Positions 29,211 through 38,055 of a DNA stretch of 38,055 bases are shown piece by piece (position 1 is the stretch's first letter; each line of letters opens with the position of its first letter). The DNA lies in NCBI GenBank assembly GCA_031380185.1, contig JANNFT010000292.1, positions 1 through 38,055 on the forward strand, written 5' to 3'. The translations under genes were made by a program, and so were the position numbers. The DNA comes from Pseudomonadota bacterium. Lineage in GTDB: Bacteria; Pseudomonadota; Gammaproteobacteria; Burkholderiales; JALYOK01. A model generated the notes under the pieces. That model was not told where the DNA came from. It was given only the letters and a program-made list of their open reading frames with translations, and ran no database searches.

Positions 29211-30935
29211 TTACGGCAGAGCGAAGACAAATACGCTGTTACCACGTTTAAAGTCCAGTTGAGTATTCCCACCGGCAGCAACGGCGATATACTGCTTGCC
29301 GTTGACCATATAGGAAACAGCGGGGGCGTTGGCGCCCGCGCCGCAGTTGAACTTCCACAGTTCTTTGCCGGACTTGGCGTCGAACGCCTTGAACCAACCA
29401 TTGCCTTCACCGTTGAACACCAGGCCACCGTCGGTAGCCAGCGTGCCACCCATCAGTGGCTGCGGAGTGTCGGCTTGCCAGGCGATTTTACCGGTGTCGA
29501 TATTAACCGCGCTCAGACGGCCGGTTTGTGCACCACCCGGAATCGTCTTGAACGCGCCACCCAGCCACAATTTGCCGCCAGGATAGGCCGCTGCTTCAAC
29601 GTGGTAGGTCATCGGTTGGATCAGGTTCGCAGCATAGGCCAAGCGCAGCTTAGGATTGACCGCCATCGGGCTCCATTCCACGCCGCCGTTGGCGCCGAGG
29701 CTCATGCGCGCGCCTTCTTTGGTGGGCAGGGACCATAGGCCATCTTGCGGCACCATGGCATCGGAGAAGCGGATCAATTCGCCGGTTGCGCGATCATGCA
29801 CATACACGTGGCCGGTTTTGCCGCCATGGATCACGACTTTACGGTCTTTTCCGTCTTTACCTTTTGCCGTCGTCAAAATGGGGGGGCTTACCGAGTCCAG
29901 ATCCCAGACGTCGTGCGCAATATACTGAAAGTGCCATTTGTAAGCACCGGTGTTGAGGTCCACCGCGACAATCGAGTCGGTGTAGAGGTTGTCACCCGGA
30001 CGTTCCGCTCCATACAGATCAGGCGAAGGGTTACCCACGACAAAGAAGACCGATTTTGACTCCAGATCGACGGCCGGAGTCATCCACACGCCACCACCGA
30101 GGGTTTTGTAAAAGTCGCCGCCGTTTTTCGCAAGCGCTTCTTTTTCTGCTGGGATATCGCGTTTCATGTTGCGATTAGTGGCGTCATTCGGGTTCCAAAT
30201 GCCTTCATGACCTTTTTCCGGGATCGTGTGGAACGTCCACAGCAACTTGCCGTCGTTGGCGTCATAGGCTTTGACAAAACCGCGGATGCCGTACTCACCA
30301 CCATTGGTGCCGATTAACACTTTGCCGTCAACTGCAGCCGGCACCATGGTTTCGGAGTAACCGAGTTCAGGGTCGGCAATCAAAGTTTCCCACAACACTT
30401 TGCCGGACTTTGCGTCGAGTGCGACGAGCTTGGCGTCCAACGTACCCATGAACAATTTACCGTCTAGCGCGGCGACGCCACGATTGTTCGGGCCGCAGCA
30501 GAAAGTCGTGACTGCGCCCATTTTATGTTTGTAATGCCAGAACTCTTCGCCGGTCACCGCGTCTATCGCGTAGACATGGTTATATGAAGTCGTGAGGAAC
30601 ATGACGCCATTAACGATCAGCGGCGCGGTTTCCATCGATTCCAGCACGGCGGTTTGAAAGACAAAAGCGGGTTTCAATTTGCCGACGTTACCGGTATTAA
30701 TTTGTGAAGCCGGATAGAAACGGGTTTGCGCGTAGTTGCCATTCGGATGCAACCAATGCTTACCGTCGCCTTCGGATGCACTAAGCATCGCCTGGGTGAC
30801 GGGCACCAGGCTACTCGACATCGGTTTCGACGCGGTAACAGCGCCGCCTTGAATCTCTTCAGCCGCAAATGCGGTGACCGAAATCAAGAGGCTGGCCGCT
30901 ATACCGAGAGTCAGTTTTGACTTGATAAATTCCAT
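29211..30935 (-). CDS. Periplasmic PQQ-dependent alcohol dehydrogenase-family protein
   Basis: Signal peptide, vicinal CC (FCCGPNNRG), repeated AxDxxxGxxxW propeller motifs, [25 protein letters not shown]; no haem c domain. Confidence 0.92.
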   Translation of the reverse strand: MEFIKSKLTLGIAASLLISVTAFAAEEIQGGAVTASKPMSSSLVPVTQAMLSASEGDGKHWLHPNGNYAQTRFYPASQINTGNVGKLKPAFVFQTAVLESMETAPLIVNGVMFLTTSYNHVYAIDAVTGEEFWHYKHKMGAVTTFCCGPNNRGVAALDGKLFMGTLDAKLVALDAKSGKVLWETLIADPELGYSETMVPAAVDGKVLIGTNGGEYGIRGFVKAYDANDGKLLWTFHTIPEKGHEGIWNPNDATNRNMKRDIPAEKEALAKNGGDFYKTLGGGVWMTPAVDLESKSVFFVVGNPSPDLYGAERPGDNLYTDSIVAVDLNTGAYKWHFQYIAHDVWDLDSVSPPILTTAKGKDGKDRKVVIHGGKTGHVYVHDRATGELIRFSDAMVPQDGLWSLPTKEGARMSLGANGGVEWSPMAVNPKLRLAYAANLIQPMTYHVEAAAYPGGKLWLGGAFKTIPGGAQTGRLSAVNIDTGKIAWQADTPQPLMGGTLATDGGLVFNGEGNGWFKAFDAKSGKELWKFNCGAGANAPAVSYMVNGKQYIAVAAGGNTQLDFKRGNSVFVFALP

Positions 30936-31068
30936 GTAACCTCCAATGTTGTTTTACAGATAATTATTTAACGTTATACATAATTTAAGGCAACAAAGGC
31001 TAAGCGCCTTCGATACAATAACGCGGCGCTATTATCACATAGATTGCTTCGACGAAAGGTGTAAAAAA

Positions 31069-31734
31069 ATGTTGCCCCGCATCATGAAACTCGTTGCGTT
31101 AATGCTGCTGCCGATCCTCGCGGTAAGCGCGCAAGAAACCTACCAATCGATGAACATCAACGCCCAGTTGATTTCAGCAGCGAAGCGCAATCAACTGGAT
31201 TTGCTGATTCGCGCGTTGAATGCCGGAGCAGCGCCGAACTCACGTAATCGCGCGGGCGATACACCGTTAAACCTTTCCGCCCGGAACGGCAATATCGAGA
31301 TGGTGAAAATATTATTGGATGCGGGTGGCAACGTTAACCAACCTAACTTGGAAAAGATCACGCCTCTGATGAGCGCGGCGTTTCAGGGACATGCCGTCAT
31401 CGTCAAGCTATTGTTGGCAAAGGGCGCGGATGTGAGCGCTCAAGACCAGTCGAGCAAAACTGCCATGGTGTTGGCGGCGGGCAATGGCCAGGCGCAGGTA
31501 GTCAAGGCGTTGCTGGAACAAGGAGTCGATGTAAATGCGCGTTACCAAAATGATCTGACGGCGCTAATGTGGGCGGCAGGGCACGGCGACGGCGCAACGG
31601 CACGGGTGCTGCTTGACGCTAAGGCCGACCCGCAACTGACAGACCGTCGCGGCAAGACCGCGCTGGCCGTGGCGCGCGAACTTCAGCACAACGAAATTGT
31701 TGTATTACTCGAATCCCTTGGCGCCACGGAGTAG
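31069..31734 (+). CDS. Exported ankyrin-repeat protein
   Basis: Signal peptide, then about five repeats (GDTPLNLSA, TPLMSAA, TAMVLAA, TALMWAA, GKTALAVA). Confidence 0.92.
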   Translation: MLPRIMKLVALMLLPILAVSAQETYQSMNINAQLISAAKRNQLDLLIRALNAGAAPNSRNRAGDTPLNLSARNGNIEMVKILLDAGGNVNQPNLEKITPLMSAAFQGHAVIVKLLLAKGADVSAQDQSSKTAMVLAAGNGQAQVVKALLEQGVDVNARYQNDLTALMWAAGHGDGATARVLLDAKADPQLTDRRGKTALAVARELQHNEIVVLLESLGATE

Positions 31735-31743
31735 TCTGTCGAT

Positions 31744-32277
31744 TTAGGGCAGCATCCGCTGAAATATGCCATTCTTTTCGATCATCAGATGCTTTAATGA
31801 TGCGAGCACGTGTATCGCAATCACCACGATAAGGATATCAGCGGTGATCTCGTGCAATTCGAGCCAAAATTCTCGGGCGGATTTGTCATCACTGCCGGCG
31901 ATAAGTGGAATTCCCCACACTTTAACGCCGTATTTACTATTGGACGACATAATCATGCCGGTAACCGGCATTGCGACCATGCCCAAATAAAGCACCGAAT
32001 GGCTGATTTTTGACGCGATCACCTGCCACGCTGGAATCAGGCGATCAAGCGGCGGCGGGCGACGGACCAGCCGCCAGCAAATTCTCAGCAAAATAAATAA
32101 CGCGAGAGTCACGCCGATTGATTTGTGCAAATTGAGATACCAGCCGCGATCCGGCGTTTCTTTCGGAATATCAACCATATACAGCCCAAGAGCCAGTTGC
32201 GCCAGTAGTGCGAAGCCGATGATCCAATGCAGCCAAATCGCGACGGCGGTGTATTTTTGTCGAGCTATTTGATTCAT
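31744..32277 (-). CDS. Cytochrome b561 (CybB/YceJ-like)
   Basis: LHW, HKSIG, LHE and IHV His ligands; four TM segments; RMLP end. Confidence 0.9.
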   Translation of the reverse strand: MNQIARQKYTAVAIWLHWIIGFALLAQLALGLYMVDIPKETPDRGWYLNLHKSIGVTLALFILLRICWRLVRRPPPLDRLIPAWQVIASKISHSVLYLGMVAMPVTGMIMSSNSKYGVKVWGIPLIAGSDDKSAREFWLELHEITADILIVVIAIHVLASLKHLMIEKNGIFQRMLP

Positions 32278-32470
32278 GGCGCGCGCCTCTAAAGCGTTGA
32301 GAATATTACAAGTTTAACCGATTAGGGCGCGATCAGAACAGCATAGACGCATGGAATTATTCGGGCTAACGTAGTTCGATAGCGTAATTGATCTGTGTTA
32401 CTATTTACAATTTAGTTCGGCGAGTTTATCGCGAATTTCTGCGCTTAATTTTAAGAATGGGTAATGATTA

Positions 32471-32902
32471 ATGGGATCCATGCGTGAAGTAACAACTAAG
32501 CAATTCGCCCCATACGTTGAAAAGAAGGGCGAGGCCTATATGAGCAAGCGTCAGCTTGGTCATTTCCGCAAGCTGCTGGATGAATGGAAGGCCGATTTGG
32601 GCATCGATATCGATCGCACCGTGCATACGATGCAAGACGAAGCGACAATTTTCGCCGATCCTAATGATCGTGCGACGCAAGAATCGGACATGGCGCTGGA
32701 ATTGCGTAACCGCGACCGTGAACGTAAATTGATCAAAAAAATCGACGAGATGGTCGCCAAAATTGACGCCGGCGAGTACGGCTACTGTGACAGTTGTGGC
32801 GTCGAAATCGGACTGAAGCGCCTGTTAGCGCGCCCCACGGCAACGAAGTGCATCGACTGCAAGACGTTAGAAGAAATGCGCGAGAGGCAAGTCGCGAAAT
32901 AG
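32471..32902 (+). CDS. dksA: RNA polymerase-binding protein DksA
   Basis: YMSxxQLxHF, DPNDRA, RDRERKLIKKI and a CDSC/CIDC zinc finger. The start may be 32480. Confidence 0.96.
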   Translation: MGSMREVTTKQFAPYVEKKGEAYMSKRQLGHFRKLLDEWKADLGIDIDRTVHTMQDEATIFADPNDRATQESDMALELRNRDRERKLIKKIDEMVAKIDAGEYGYCDSCGVEIGLKRLLARPTATKCIDCKTLEEMRERQVAK

Positions 32903-32932
32903 TTCGTTCACCGAACTATTCCCGCAATTGCG

Positions 32933-33370
32933 ATGGTCGTTTACGACTTAACGTGCGAACAAGACCATGCCTTCGAAGGTTGGTTTGATTCTCTAGAAGG
33001 ATTCGAAGCGCAGCAGGTAAAGGGCGGTGTATCTTGTCCGCTCTGCGCTTCGACGAGCATTTTGCGCCGTCCCGCGGCGCCGCGGCTGAACTTTGCGAAA
33101 CATTCGGCGCCGGCGCGAACAAGCGTCGCGATGTCACACAATATTTCTACTGAAGCCGTGTGGCGAAAAATGATGACATATCTGCGCACTCACACTGAGG
33201 ATGTTGGCAGCGCGTTTCCCGAAGAGGCGCGCAAGATTTATTACGGCGAAGCGGAAGCGCGCAGTATTCGCGGCAGCGCATCGCAACGAGAAGTCGCAGA
33301 ACTGAGCGACGAGGGCATCGACGTGCTAGCGCTACCTCACTTTCCGCTCCTGCCGGACAAACTTCAGTAG
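32933..33370 (+). CDS. DUF1178-family protein
   Basis: CEQDHAFEGWF, CPLC and VGSAFPEEARKIYYGE motifs. Confidence 0.85.
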   Translation: MVVYDLTCEQDHAFEGWFDSLEGFEAQQVKGGVSCPLCASTSILRRPAAPRLNFAKHSAPARTSVAMSHNISTEAVWRKMMTYLRTHTEDVGSAFPEEARKIYYGEAEARSIRGSASQREVAELSDEGIDVLALPHFPLLPDKLQ

Positions 33371-33371
33371 T

Positions 33372-34259
33372 TCAATGCAACCGATTGATTTCCTGCTGCG
33401 CCGCAATTAATGACGGCACCATTTTATCGCCGTAGCCGAGCGCAACCGCGTGTTTCAGTGATTGCTGCAATGCGGCAGCAATCGGCCCGATAAGCCCAAG
33501 GCTGTCGAGCATGCGGTTGTAATAGCTCACGTCCTTCGCCGCATTGACGATGGCGAATTTCATGCGCCCGAAATCGCCTTCGGCCGCGCCGCCGGCGATC
33601 AATTGAAATAATCCCGAATTCGCAGCGCCTTTGCTGACCAACTCCACCAATTTTTTCGGATCGATGCCGACCTTGCGCATCGCGCTAAACATCTCGGCGA
33701 TCAACACGCCTTGGCCGATAGCAAAAAAATTGTTGATGAGTTTGATTTGATGCCCACTCACCGGGCCACCGATGTGGAAAATGTTTTCGCAAAACGCATC
33801 CAGAATCGGCCGAATTGCTTTCAATACTTTTGCTTCCGCGCCGACTAACGTGTTCAAGCGACCTTGTTCCGCTTCGATCGGCGTGCGCGTCAGTGGCGCG
33901 TCGACGAACGTGACGCCGAGCTTTTTCAGATCGGCATAGATCTTGGTGGAAGAGGGTGGCTCGCTGGTGGAGCAATCGATTACCGCTAATCCTTTGCGCG
34001 CGGCGGCGCGAATGCCATCCGCACGATAGATCATATCTTCAACTTGCGGGGTGCCGGTAACGCACAAAATGACCACGTCGGATGCCTCGACCAAGGCCTT
34101 CACCGTTTTCGCTTCTTTCGCGCCGCGTTTTTTTAGATCTTCCACCGACGCGCGTTTTTTATGGCCCAATACCGTCAACGGAAAACCTTTCTCGACTAGA
34201 TTTTTTGCCATGCCATGACCCATCAGGCCGACGCCGATAAATCCGATTCGTTGTTTCAT
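33372..34259 (-). CDS. NAD(P)-dependent beta-hydroxyacid dehydrogenase (3-hydroxyisobutyrate DH family)
   Basis: GFIGVGLMG, IDCSTS, FVDAP and KLINN motifs. Confidence 0.9.
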   Translation of the reverse strand: MKQRIGFIGVGLMGHGMAKNLVEKGFPLTVLGHKKRASVEDLKKRGAKEAKTVKALVEASDVVILCVTGTPQVEDMIYRADGIRAAARKGLAVIDCSTSEPPSSTKIYADLKKLGVTFVDAPLTRTPIEAEQGRLNTLVGAEAKVLKAIRPILDAFCENIFHIGGPVSGHQIKLINNFFAIGQGVLIAEMFSAMRKVGIDPKKLVELVSKGAANSGLFQLIAGGAAEGDFGRMKFAIVNAAKDVSYYNRMLDSLGLIGPIAAALQQSLKHAVALGYGDKMVPSLIAAQQEINRLH

Positions 34260-34393
34260 TTCTCCCCCTCAAAAAGATTAAAAAAATAAAATGCCTGTAG
34301 AGCAAATGGCCCGAGGTCACCCCCGTATTGATGCGGCTCAACCCAGTGGCATCGCCGGGAGCCAACATCCATGCGCCTCCTGGCTCAATGCCA

Positions 34394-35908
34394 TTACCAG
34401 GTATAGCGTACCGTGTAGCGAACTATACCTTCTGCGCCTTTAGCGAGCTTCAGCGGAAAATGCACGCTGTGCGCATCCTGCTTGTTGTAAGCCATGGAGT
34501 TCTTGCTGATTTTCCAATTGCTCCAACGATACAGGCTTTCCTTGACGGTCACCGTGACGGGTTCATCTTTCTGATTGCGAATTTTGATTTCGATATCTTC
34601 TTCCATCCATTTGGCATTGGTGTCGACACGGAAGTCGACTTGACGGCGTTCGCCGACGACGTCGAATGCGCTACCTAATTTTAGCGATACCTTCTCATTC
34701 CTCGCCGTGTGGTCGATGCGATCTTCGCCAATAAATTCTAGGCTGTTATCTGCCGTATCGAGCTTACTGACGCGAATGCGCCCTGCGGGTAGCGGCATGC
34801 CCATTTTGTTTTCTTTGGTGTTTTTGAAGGAAATAAACACGTCGACTTTCTTGTTCGGCTCTACGCCAAAATTACGCTCAACCATAGGACTGCCGTAGTG
34901 GTAGTACGGCGCCGCTTGGCCGACATAGAACAGGGTTTTTTCGCAGGGCACGCCGCGCGCCGGGGGGAACAATTCGATTTGCTTAGTCGAGTTATCGGGA
35001 AGCGTAGTTGGAAAGCCCAAGGTGTAAAGATGATATTCGAAGAAAGACTTTTCCGCGAATGCCGGCGCCGCGTCCGCCATCTTCGCGTCACGGCTTTCCA
35101 TCATCATGCGCGGCGACGGAGCCGGCTGAGTGCGTTGCACATCGCCGGCGATGAGTTTTAGTTTCGCGTCCTGGTAACTGCCACCCGATTGATTCACAAT
35201 GCTAACCCATGCGCTCGCGTCGAGCTTGCAAGCGTTCGCATCCTTGCCGTCAGAATAAGTAAAATTGTAATCCGCCCACCAAGTAATGCCGCTGGTTTGA
35301 TAGGCAACACGAGTGCGATGCGCCCCGAGCTTGTTGGTTGCGATATCCCAAACCAGCGTCGGTTTAGTGATTAAGCCGCCGGGCAATTTTGGCAGTCTAA
35401 TCGCGGAATAGCCGTTGACGATACGAACGCTGCCGTCATCTTTACGCAGTATCAAGTTTCCAGATGTGCTGGTGAGTACGCCATCGATAATTTCCGTCTT
35501 GTCGCCGCGCTGTTGTTCGACTGTAATTTCGTTGTCGATGTATTTTTGTAGCACCTTCTCTGTGCTGACCAGATCGAATTGATAACTCTGTTCGATCACG
35601 CGGGCGCCTTCGGGGTCCGTCAGCGATGTGAATGATACGGTTGTGGGATCAATCAGCGCGGCAACATCGGTAAAGCGAACGATGCTTCGCGCCTGCTCAA
35701 GATTAACATTGCGTTCTTGGCGGACCAGCGCGTAGCCGGGCACGTTTTGGCCGTTACCGCCGTCGCGAAAGGTTTCGGGTGAGATTGTTCCGGCTCGGGC
35801 CGAACTGTAGATGGTTAACGCGGTAGCGTTATTCTGTTCTGCCAAAAGTTCATTGGGTGTCAGTAATAGTAGCGCCGGGCAGAGCCCAGCCAGCATTTTT
35901 TTCTTCAT
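34394..35908 (-). CDS. Exported DUF4139-domain protein
   Basis: Signal peptide, LTIYS, IDPTTV, WxADY, FEYHLY and PLPAGRIRV motifs. Confidence 0.8.
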   Translation of the reverse strand: MKKKMLAGLCPALLLLTPNELLAEQNNATALTIYSSARAGTISPETFRDGGNGQNVPGYALVRQERNVNLEQARSIVRFTDVAALIDPTTVSFTSLTDPEGARVIEQSYQFDLVSTEKVLQKYIDNEITVEQQRGDKTEIIDGVLTSTSGNLILRKDDGSVRIVNGYSAIRLPKLPGGLITKPTLVWDIATNKLGAHRTRVAYQTSGITWWADYNFTYSDGKDANACKLDASAWVSIVNQSGGSYQDAKLKLIAGDVQRTQPAPSPRMMMESRDAKMADAAPAFAEKSFFEYHLYTLGFPTTLPDNSTKQIELFPPARGVPCEKTLFYVGQAAPYYHYGSPMVERNFGVEPNKKVDVFISFKNTKENKMGMPLPAGRIRVSKLDTADNSLEFIGEDRIDHTARNEKVSLKLGSAFDVVGERRQVDFRVDTNAKWMEEDIEIKIRNQKDEPVTVTVKESLYRWSNWKISKNSMAYNKQDAHSVHFPLKLAKGAEGIVRYTVRYTW

Positions 35909-36013
35909 CGCTACAATTCCTTTCGATAGAGTGTGGGTGTGACACCTGTATAAACGGTTGTCGTTTGAATTCGGGTCATGGCCGATTGCAATTTATAGTC
36001 GAACGGCTTGATA

Positions 36014-36068
36014 ATCCTAGGAACGGCAGTTGGACGCTGCGTCGGCGGTCAACTGCCGTTTCTAGGAT
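36014..36068. repeat. 19-bp inverted repeat between divergent genes
   Basis: ATCCTAGGAACGGCAGTTG (36014-36032) and CAACTGCCGTTTCTAGGAT (36050-36068) match at 18 of 19 positions; 17-nt spacer. Confidence 0.85.
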
Positions 36069-36136
36069 AATATCGAGTGTACGCGATTTAGTAGTTTCTC
36101 TCTGCCGGGTCGACATTGGAAAGTAAGGCTTAAGGT

Positions 36137-36517
36137 ATGGAACGGACGAATCCTTCTCGTTGGGTAAGCGCGGACGAGGCAAGTAGGATGTTGCAGAGAT
36201 TTATGCCGAGAAAGCAGGCCAGCGCTTGGCTTGACAATGATCGTAAATTCGATCCAACCCTACCGTTTTTTTATTTACGCGGTGATGTGGTCTACCAATC
36301 CCGCGATTTGGAGCAATTTGTTAGGCGCTGCTTGGCTCCGCGTGCTCGGGTTGAATTTTCCGAGCGACGGACGCGCTCGGATCGCCGCCACGCCGGCGAC
36401 CGCCGCCGTAATCCTGAGGTTCGCTTGTCGCCCCTCGCTGAGCGGCGTCAGGTCTATAGCCACGACCGGCGTGCAATGATGACGCGTGACCGGCGCGCGG
36501 CGGCAAATCGCGCATAA
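36137..36517 (+). CDS. Small protein: excisionase/MerR-like HTH domain + six [DE]RR repeats
   Basis: WVSADEASRML...W...PFFYLRGDVVYQSRDLEQFV, then ERRTRSDRRHAGDRRR...ERRQVYSHDRRAMMTRDRR. TAAGG lies upstream of the ATG. Confidence 0.7.
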   Translation: MERTNPSRWVSADEASRMLQRFMPRKQASAWLDNDRKFDPTLPFFYLRGDVVYQSRDLEQFVRRCLAPRARVEFSERRTRSDRRHAGDRRRNPEVRLSPLAERRQVYSHDRRAMMTRDRRAAANRA

Positions 36518-36647
36518 CGCAAGGCGTTAGGATTTAAATTGTGGCGGTGTGGGGAAGGTTTTGATAGCGTTGTCCCCTGCATTGTACTAAGCGTTCGATA
36601 TTCATTTTGTGTGCAATCCGAATTGAACGGAATTGCTCGTCGGGATC

Positions 36648-37646
36648 ATGTCTAATAACAATAAGTCCGCAAACATCCTCCTTTACGGCTTTTTGGTCTA
36701 CGAACTTCTCGAGACGTTGCAGCGAAAACTCAACACGCCGGCGGTGATCACGCGTTTGACAGAAAATGTAGCGCCGGAGGGTTTAGTGAAGGCCATGTCC
36801 GGCGCCGACATTATCATAGCGCTCAAATATTTAGATATGCCGCCTGCGCCGAACTTGCGCCTACTTCAAGTACCCGGCGCCGGACTAGATCAAATTAACT
36901 TCAATGAGGTTCCGCAACGGGCGACTATTTGTAACGCCTATGGGCACGATATCGCCGGTGGTGAATACGTCTTAATGAGTATGTTGGCGTGGTGCCATGA
37001 ATTTGTCGCAGCGCACGAGTCGATGAAGGCAGGAAGCTGGCGCATGAGCGGGCGCACGGGCGCCCCGCTACACGAAGAACTTTACGGAAAAACGGTGGGT
37101 ATTCTCGGCTTAGGGCCTATTGGCCTCGCGGCGGCGAGATTAGCAAAGGCTTTTGGCACAACGGTGCTCGGGTGCAATCGCACGGTGCGCGCCACGCCGG
37201 AGTTTGTGGACGAAATCTATCCGTTAAAGCGTTTGCACGAATTCCTTCGTCGCTGTGATTTTGTCGCTGTGTGCATCGCACTGACGCCGCAGACCGTCGG
37301 GCTGATCAATCGCGCGGCGCTGGCGCAAATGCGGCAATCGTCGGTCATCATTAACGTTGCCCGCGGCGCGATTATTGATGAGAACGCACTATTTGAAGCA
37401 TTGCGAGACAAGACCATTGCCGGCGCCGTAATCGACGCGTGGTATCGTTACCCCACACCGGATGATTTGAGCATTGCGCCATCGATACATCCATTCGCTT
37501 CCCTCACAAACGTATTGATGACACCGCATTCGTCGATTTGGACGCGCGGTATGATCGAACGACGCTGGATTGACATCGCCGCTAATATCGATGCGCTTAC
37601 GACAGGACTAAAACTCAAGAATATAGTGCGTCGACCGCTACGCTGA
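36648..37646 (+). CDS. D-isomer-specific 2-hydroxyacid dehydrogenase family
   Basis: GAGLD, GILGLGPIG, INVARG, DE and TPH motifs. Confidence 0.92.
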   Translation: MSNNNKSANILLYGFLVYELLETLQRKLNTPAVITRLTENVAPEGLVKAMSGADIIIALKYLDMPPAPNLRLLQVPGAGLDQINFNEVPQRATICNAYGHDIAGGEYVLMSMLAWCHEFVAAHESMKAGSWRMSGRTGAPLHEELYGKTVGILGLGPIGLAAARLAKAFGTTVLGCNRTVRATPEFVDEIYPLKRLHEFLRRCDFVAVCIALTPQTVGLINRAALAQMRQSSVIINVARGAIIDENALFEALRDKTIAGAVIDAWYRYPTPDDLSIAPSIHPFASLTNVLMTPHSSIWTRGMIERRWIDIAANIDALTTGLKLKNIVRRPLR

Positions 37647-38055
37647 TTTTGCTGTCGGCCCAGGACTGGTGCGAACGGCTAATCGATCTCTTTCTCGCAT
37701 AACACGATTACGTCCCTGCGCCTTAGCGTCGTAAAGCGCCATATCGGCGCGATTTAGCGTCGTGGATATTTCCTCTCGCGGGCGATATTGGGTTACGCCG
37801 ATTGAAACGCTAATCCGCAGTGATGCGTCGATTTCCAAGAACTGCAGTTGCTCCATTTTATGCCGTAACCGTTCAGCGTGGGCAAAGGCGCCCGCTAACG
37901 ACGTCTCCGACAAGATCAGTAGGAATTCTTCGCCGCCGAAACGGCCAAAAAAGTCCGTCGTTCGCACATCGGGTTGTATGGCTAAGGTCAATTGCTTCAG
38001 CACTTGATCGCCGGCCAGATGGCCTTTGGTATCGTTCACGCGTTTGAAATAATCG
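37638..38055 (-). CDS. Diguanylate cyclase (GGDEF) C-terminal part; N-terminus outside the window
   Basis: DYFKRVND..GHLAGD, RTTD I-site five residues before GGEEF, and ADMALYDAKAQGRNR. Confidence 0.95.
   Translation of the reverse strand, partial: DYFKRVNDTKGHLAGDQVLKQLTLAIQPDVRTTDFFGRFGGEEFLLILSETSLAGAFAHAERLRHKMEQLQFLEIDASLRISVSIGVTQYRPREEISTTLNRADMALYDAKAQGRNRVMRERDRLAVRTSPGPTAKSA

Noticed and set aside
32384-32402. FNR-like site upstream of dksA/cytochrome b561
   Set aside because: Only the TTGAT half-site matches.
36137-36517. Prophage or ICE excisionase
   Set aside because: No integrase, tRNA or att repeat nearby, and the flanks are ordinary chromosomal genes.

Overview
Bacterial chromosomal segment, most likely a betaproteobacterium (inferred from the gene order and the rpmF/DksA/FabF sequences). 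Bases 1-2100 are a decayed accessory zone: an edge-truncated SDR, a Phd/VapC toxin-antitoxin pair whose toxin has an internal TAG, a SnoaL-like gene lacking a start codon, and the 3' fragment of a group II intron next to a REP-like palindrome. Next come an MBOAT O-acyltransferase with an SGNH-like partner and the core block maf/yceD-rpmF-plsX-fabH-fabD-fabG-acpP-fabF-mltG-tmk-holB-tatD. The right half holds a secreted S8 protease preceded by a sigma54 promoter and a c-di-GMP-I riboswitch, a transsulfuration enzyme, egtB, a TldD/TldE pair, ppa, pobA, a degenerate-cyclase/PEGA membrane protein with a TssQ-like lipoprotein, a PQQ dehydrogenase/cytochrome cluster, dksA, several oxidoreductases and DUF proteins, a small HTH protein with six [DE]RR repeats behind a 19-bp inverted repeat, and an edge-truncated GGDEF cyclase. 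I found no rRNA, tRNA or CRISPR array. The best candidates for undescribed biology are the HTH-[DE]RR protein with its palindrome, the pseudo-cyclase/PEGA + lipoprotein module, and the sigma54/riboswitch-controlled protease. All family calls come from motif recognition by eye, not database searches.
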